Part shown: positions 62,308 through 64,000 of the stretch, in pieces
How positions within the stretch are numbered: position 1 is the stretch's first letter
Layout of the letters: every line of letters begins with the position of its first letter
From: Azolla caroliniana
Lineage: Eukaryota; Plantae; Polypodiophyta
Length of the DNA stretch: 64,000 nt
Assembly: GCA_043228905.1 (NCBI GenBank)
Contig: JBHGNT010000009.1
Location: 14,198,001 to 14,262,000, forward strand
Direction of reading: 5' to 3'
Program-made: the position numbers and the translations under genes
Notes under the pieces: generated by a model
What the model was told of the DNA's origin: nothing
The model's database searches: none
Seen by the model: the letters and a program-made list of their open reading frames with translations, nothing else

Positions 62308-63681
62308 CTACAAATTCCATGGCATACTATTGTAAATACATTCATACACATTAGCACCAACAATGTATAAACCTGAGTAGCTATTGTATTCTAACATTGG
62401 GACGTTGATGCACCTGACCAAATGAGAGGACATGTATGCCACTGGTTTGTCTTCTAACAGCCTGTACACATATTCGTAGTCATCTAGTTTTGCATAAAAA
62501 ATGCCTTCGATGTAGAATGTCCCGGCAGATACAAAATTTCCCCATGCATCTACAATATTTTGCCTTGCACACTGTTTACTAACCGTGCACTTCAATATAT
62601 AGAAATTAGCACCCTCTGAATTGCCTTCTTCAGCATTTACAGCGAAGTTATCCCCAACGTTCAGGACATCACTCAAAGTATCTCCAAGTTCCTCATATGT
62701 GAAGTCAGCATTCTGCCCTGTTTCTCCATCAACTGCTTCCTTATCATTCAGAGTGTGATACTCCCAATTCTGAATGTATGCTTTGTTTAGACAATATCTC
62801 CAATTTCCTTGCACACAATGGAAGCAAAAACAAGTCAATTCTCTAACCGCAATACAATGACCATCCAACCTGGAATAACCGCGAACAACATGCAGAGATC
62901 GCAATTCGGGAATTCCTTGGCACTCCCAGGTCTTCTCCCTATTTACTTCATCTATCTTCACTTCCCAAAATTCACGTTTGATATCTCGGACTTGCGAGGA
63001 ATAAACACATGTTGCACTCCTTGACATATTTGTTCTTAAAAATTCAACTACATGTGATGCACAATTCATGTGCACACCATCTGTCTTTAGTTGTTCATGG
63101 GTAAGTGCCCGCTTTATAACAGCCCCTACACCATCATGTTCACCTTTACCATGGCCAGACCCAAAAAAATTCCATCTCATCTCCAAACCTGTTATAGCAG
63201 GATACCTCCCCACAAAATAAAATGGACGTTGAACCTTGAATTGTGACGCAGCTCCGTCAGACCAGACCCAATGTTGAGTAAGCTCCAAACGTTGAGCTAA
63301 TAACCACTGCCAATGTAACTTAAAACAATGTTGGACGAACAAGGTATCATGCTTCTTATCATCGGAAATAAAGAAATGAATTACTTTTTTAACATCACCT
63401 GAAACTCGAAAATATGTTATGTGCACAAAAATGGTTACCTGAACTGAACACCAATGCATAGATTGAATTTCATTCTGCTGCTTGAAAGTATAATTCTCTG
63501 CGAAATCTACTACTGAGACTACTACATCATTTGGGAAATCAGATATGCAAGTCTTAAACTGATGGGCCTGCCATGAATAAATGAAGTTGTGTTTAATGAG
63601 CTTTCTTAGAGATACTACAAACAGAGACACCAAATCCCTTGGTTTAAGCATCTTCCGAACTAGATCCTTTCTTTTACACAC
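62308..63681 (-). CDS. DDE/D transposase catalytic exon, Sola2-like
   Basis: VVDFAENY...EIQSMHW...ISDDKKHD...WSDGAASQFK...FFGSGHGKGEHDGVG plus a C-terminal CFCFHC motif; open for 457 aa; the N-terminus is probably in upstream exons. Confidence 0.75.
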   Translation of the reverse strand: MCKRKDLVRKMLKPRDLVSLFVVSLRKLIKHNFIYSWQAHQFKTCISDFPNDVVVSVVDFAENYTFKQQNEIQSMHWCSVQVTIFVHITYFRVSGDVKKVIHFFISDDKKHDTLFVQHCFKLHWQWLLAQRLELTQHWVWSDGAASQFKVQRPFYFVGRYPAITGLEMRWNFFGSGHGKGEHDGVGAVIKRALTHEQLKTDGVHMNCASHVVEFLRTNMSRSATCVYSSQVRDIKREFWEVKIDEVNREKTWECQGIPELRSLHVVRGYSRLDGHCIAVRELTCFCFHCVQGNWRYCLNKAYIQNWEYHTLNDKEAVDGETGQNADFTYEELGDTLSDVLNVGDNFAVNAEEGNSEGANFYILKCTVSKQCARQNIVDAWGNFVSAGTFYIEGIFYAKLDDYEYVYRLLEDKPVAYMSSHLVRCINVPMLEYNSYSGLYIVGANVYECIYNSMPWNL

Positions 63682-64000
63682 CTTGGTGACGTAGTAGATT
63701 AACAGAGTCCTTCAGAAAACCCATATGTACATGGTAAATGCAACAACATGTGTATCGATCCTTTAAGCGTCTCACAAAGTGTCTTAAGAGACTCGAATGT
63801 TCGTAGTTGAATTTTGATAGTTGGATGCATTCGTTTGAACCTAATAAATAAATCGACCTGCGTAATAAAGGGGAATTAGTTATTCTCGTAACTAGCTAAC
63901 TATCATGGTAGCTAATTAGTTGGTCTAGTAGCTAATTAGCTATCATGGTGGCTAATTAGGTGTCCTAGTAGCTAATTAGCTATCATGGTAACTAATTAGC

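Larger units (their letters stand above)
47202..64000. mobile_element. Large DNA transposon, probably Sola2-like, with AGCTAATTAGCT repeats; extends beyond the window
   Basis: Abrupt start at GAGTGGAAACACTATTATAG followed by AGCTAATTAGCT repeats that recur up to 64000 and flank the transposase ORF. The boundary is uncertain. Confidence 0.55.

Overview
This is repeat-saturated plant DNA, most likely from a non-seed plant such as a fern (inferred from the element types). I see no intact host gene; the window is a stack of nested transposons. A Ty1/copia element (812-22846) contains two insertions. The first is a 3.3-kb non-coding insertion (2467-5772) with three type I hammerhead ribozyme motifs, direct and inverted pseudo-LTRs and a ~33-bp target duplication, resembling a Penelope-like element or retrozyme. 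The second is a CCCGGGGG-terminal TIR element (9189-22069) that holds a hAT transposon (9548-18278), which in turn holds a young, apparently self-priming chromovirus (12260-17944). A chain of truncated copia and gypsy pieces follows (23098-32696). Next is a gypsy element (32697-42553) with a tRNA-Arg 3'-end sequence where the polypurine tract (PPT) should be. An inverted second copy of the TIR element starts at 43179 and carries an intronless glycine-rich RNA-binding protein retrocopy. From ~47200 to the end lies a large Sola2-like DNA transposon with spliced cargo ORFs and AGCTAATTAGCT arrays, interrupted by a second copia (50220-55888) and a non-autonomous TIR element (56057-59975). The main leads are the ribozyme retroelement, the tRNA-like PPT replacement and tRNA-like Pol III boxes in LTR heads. 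All coordinates and identities were read by eye.
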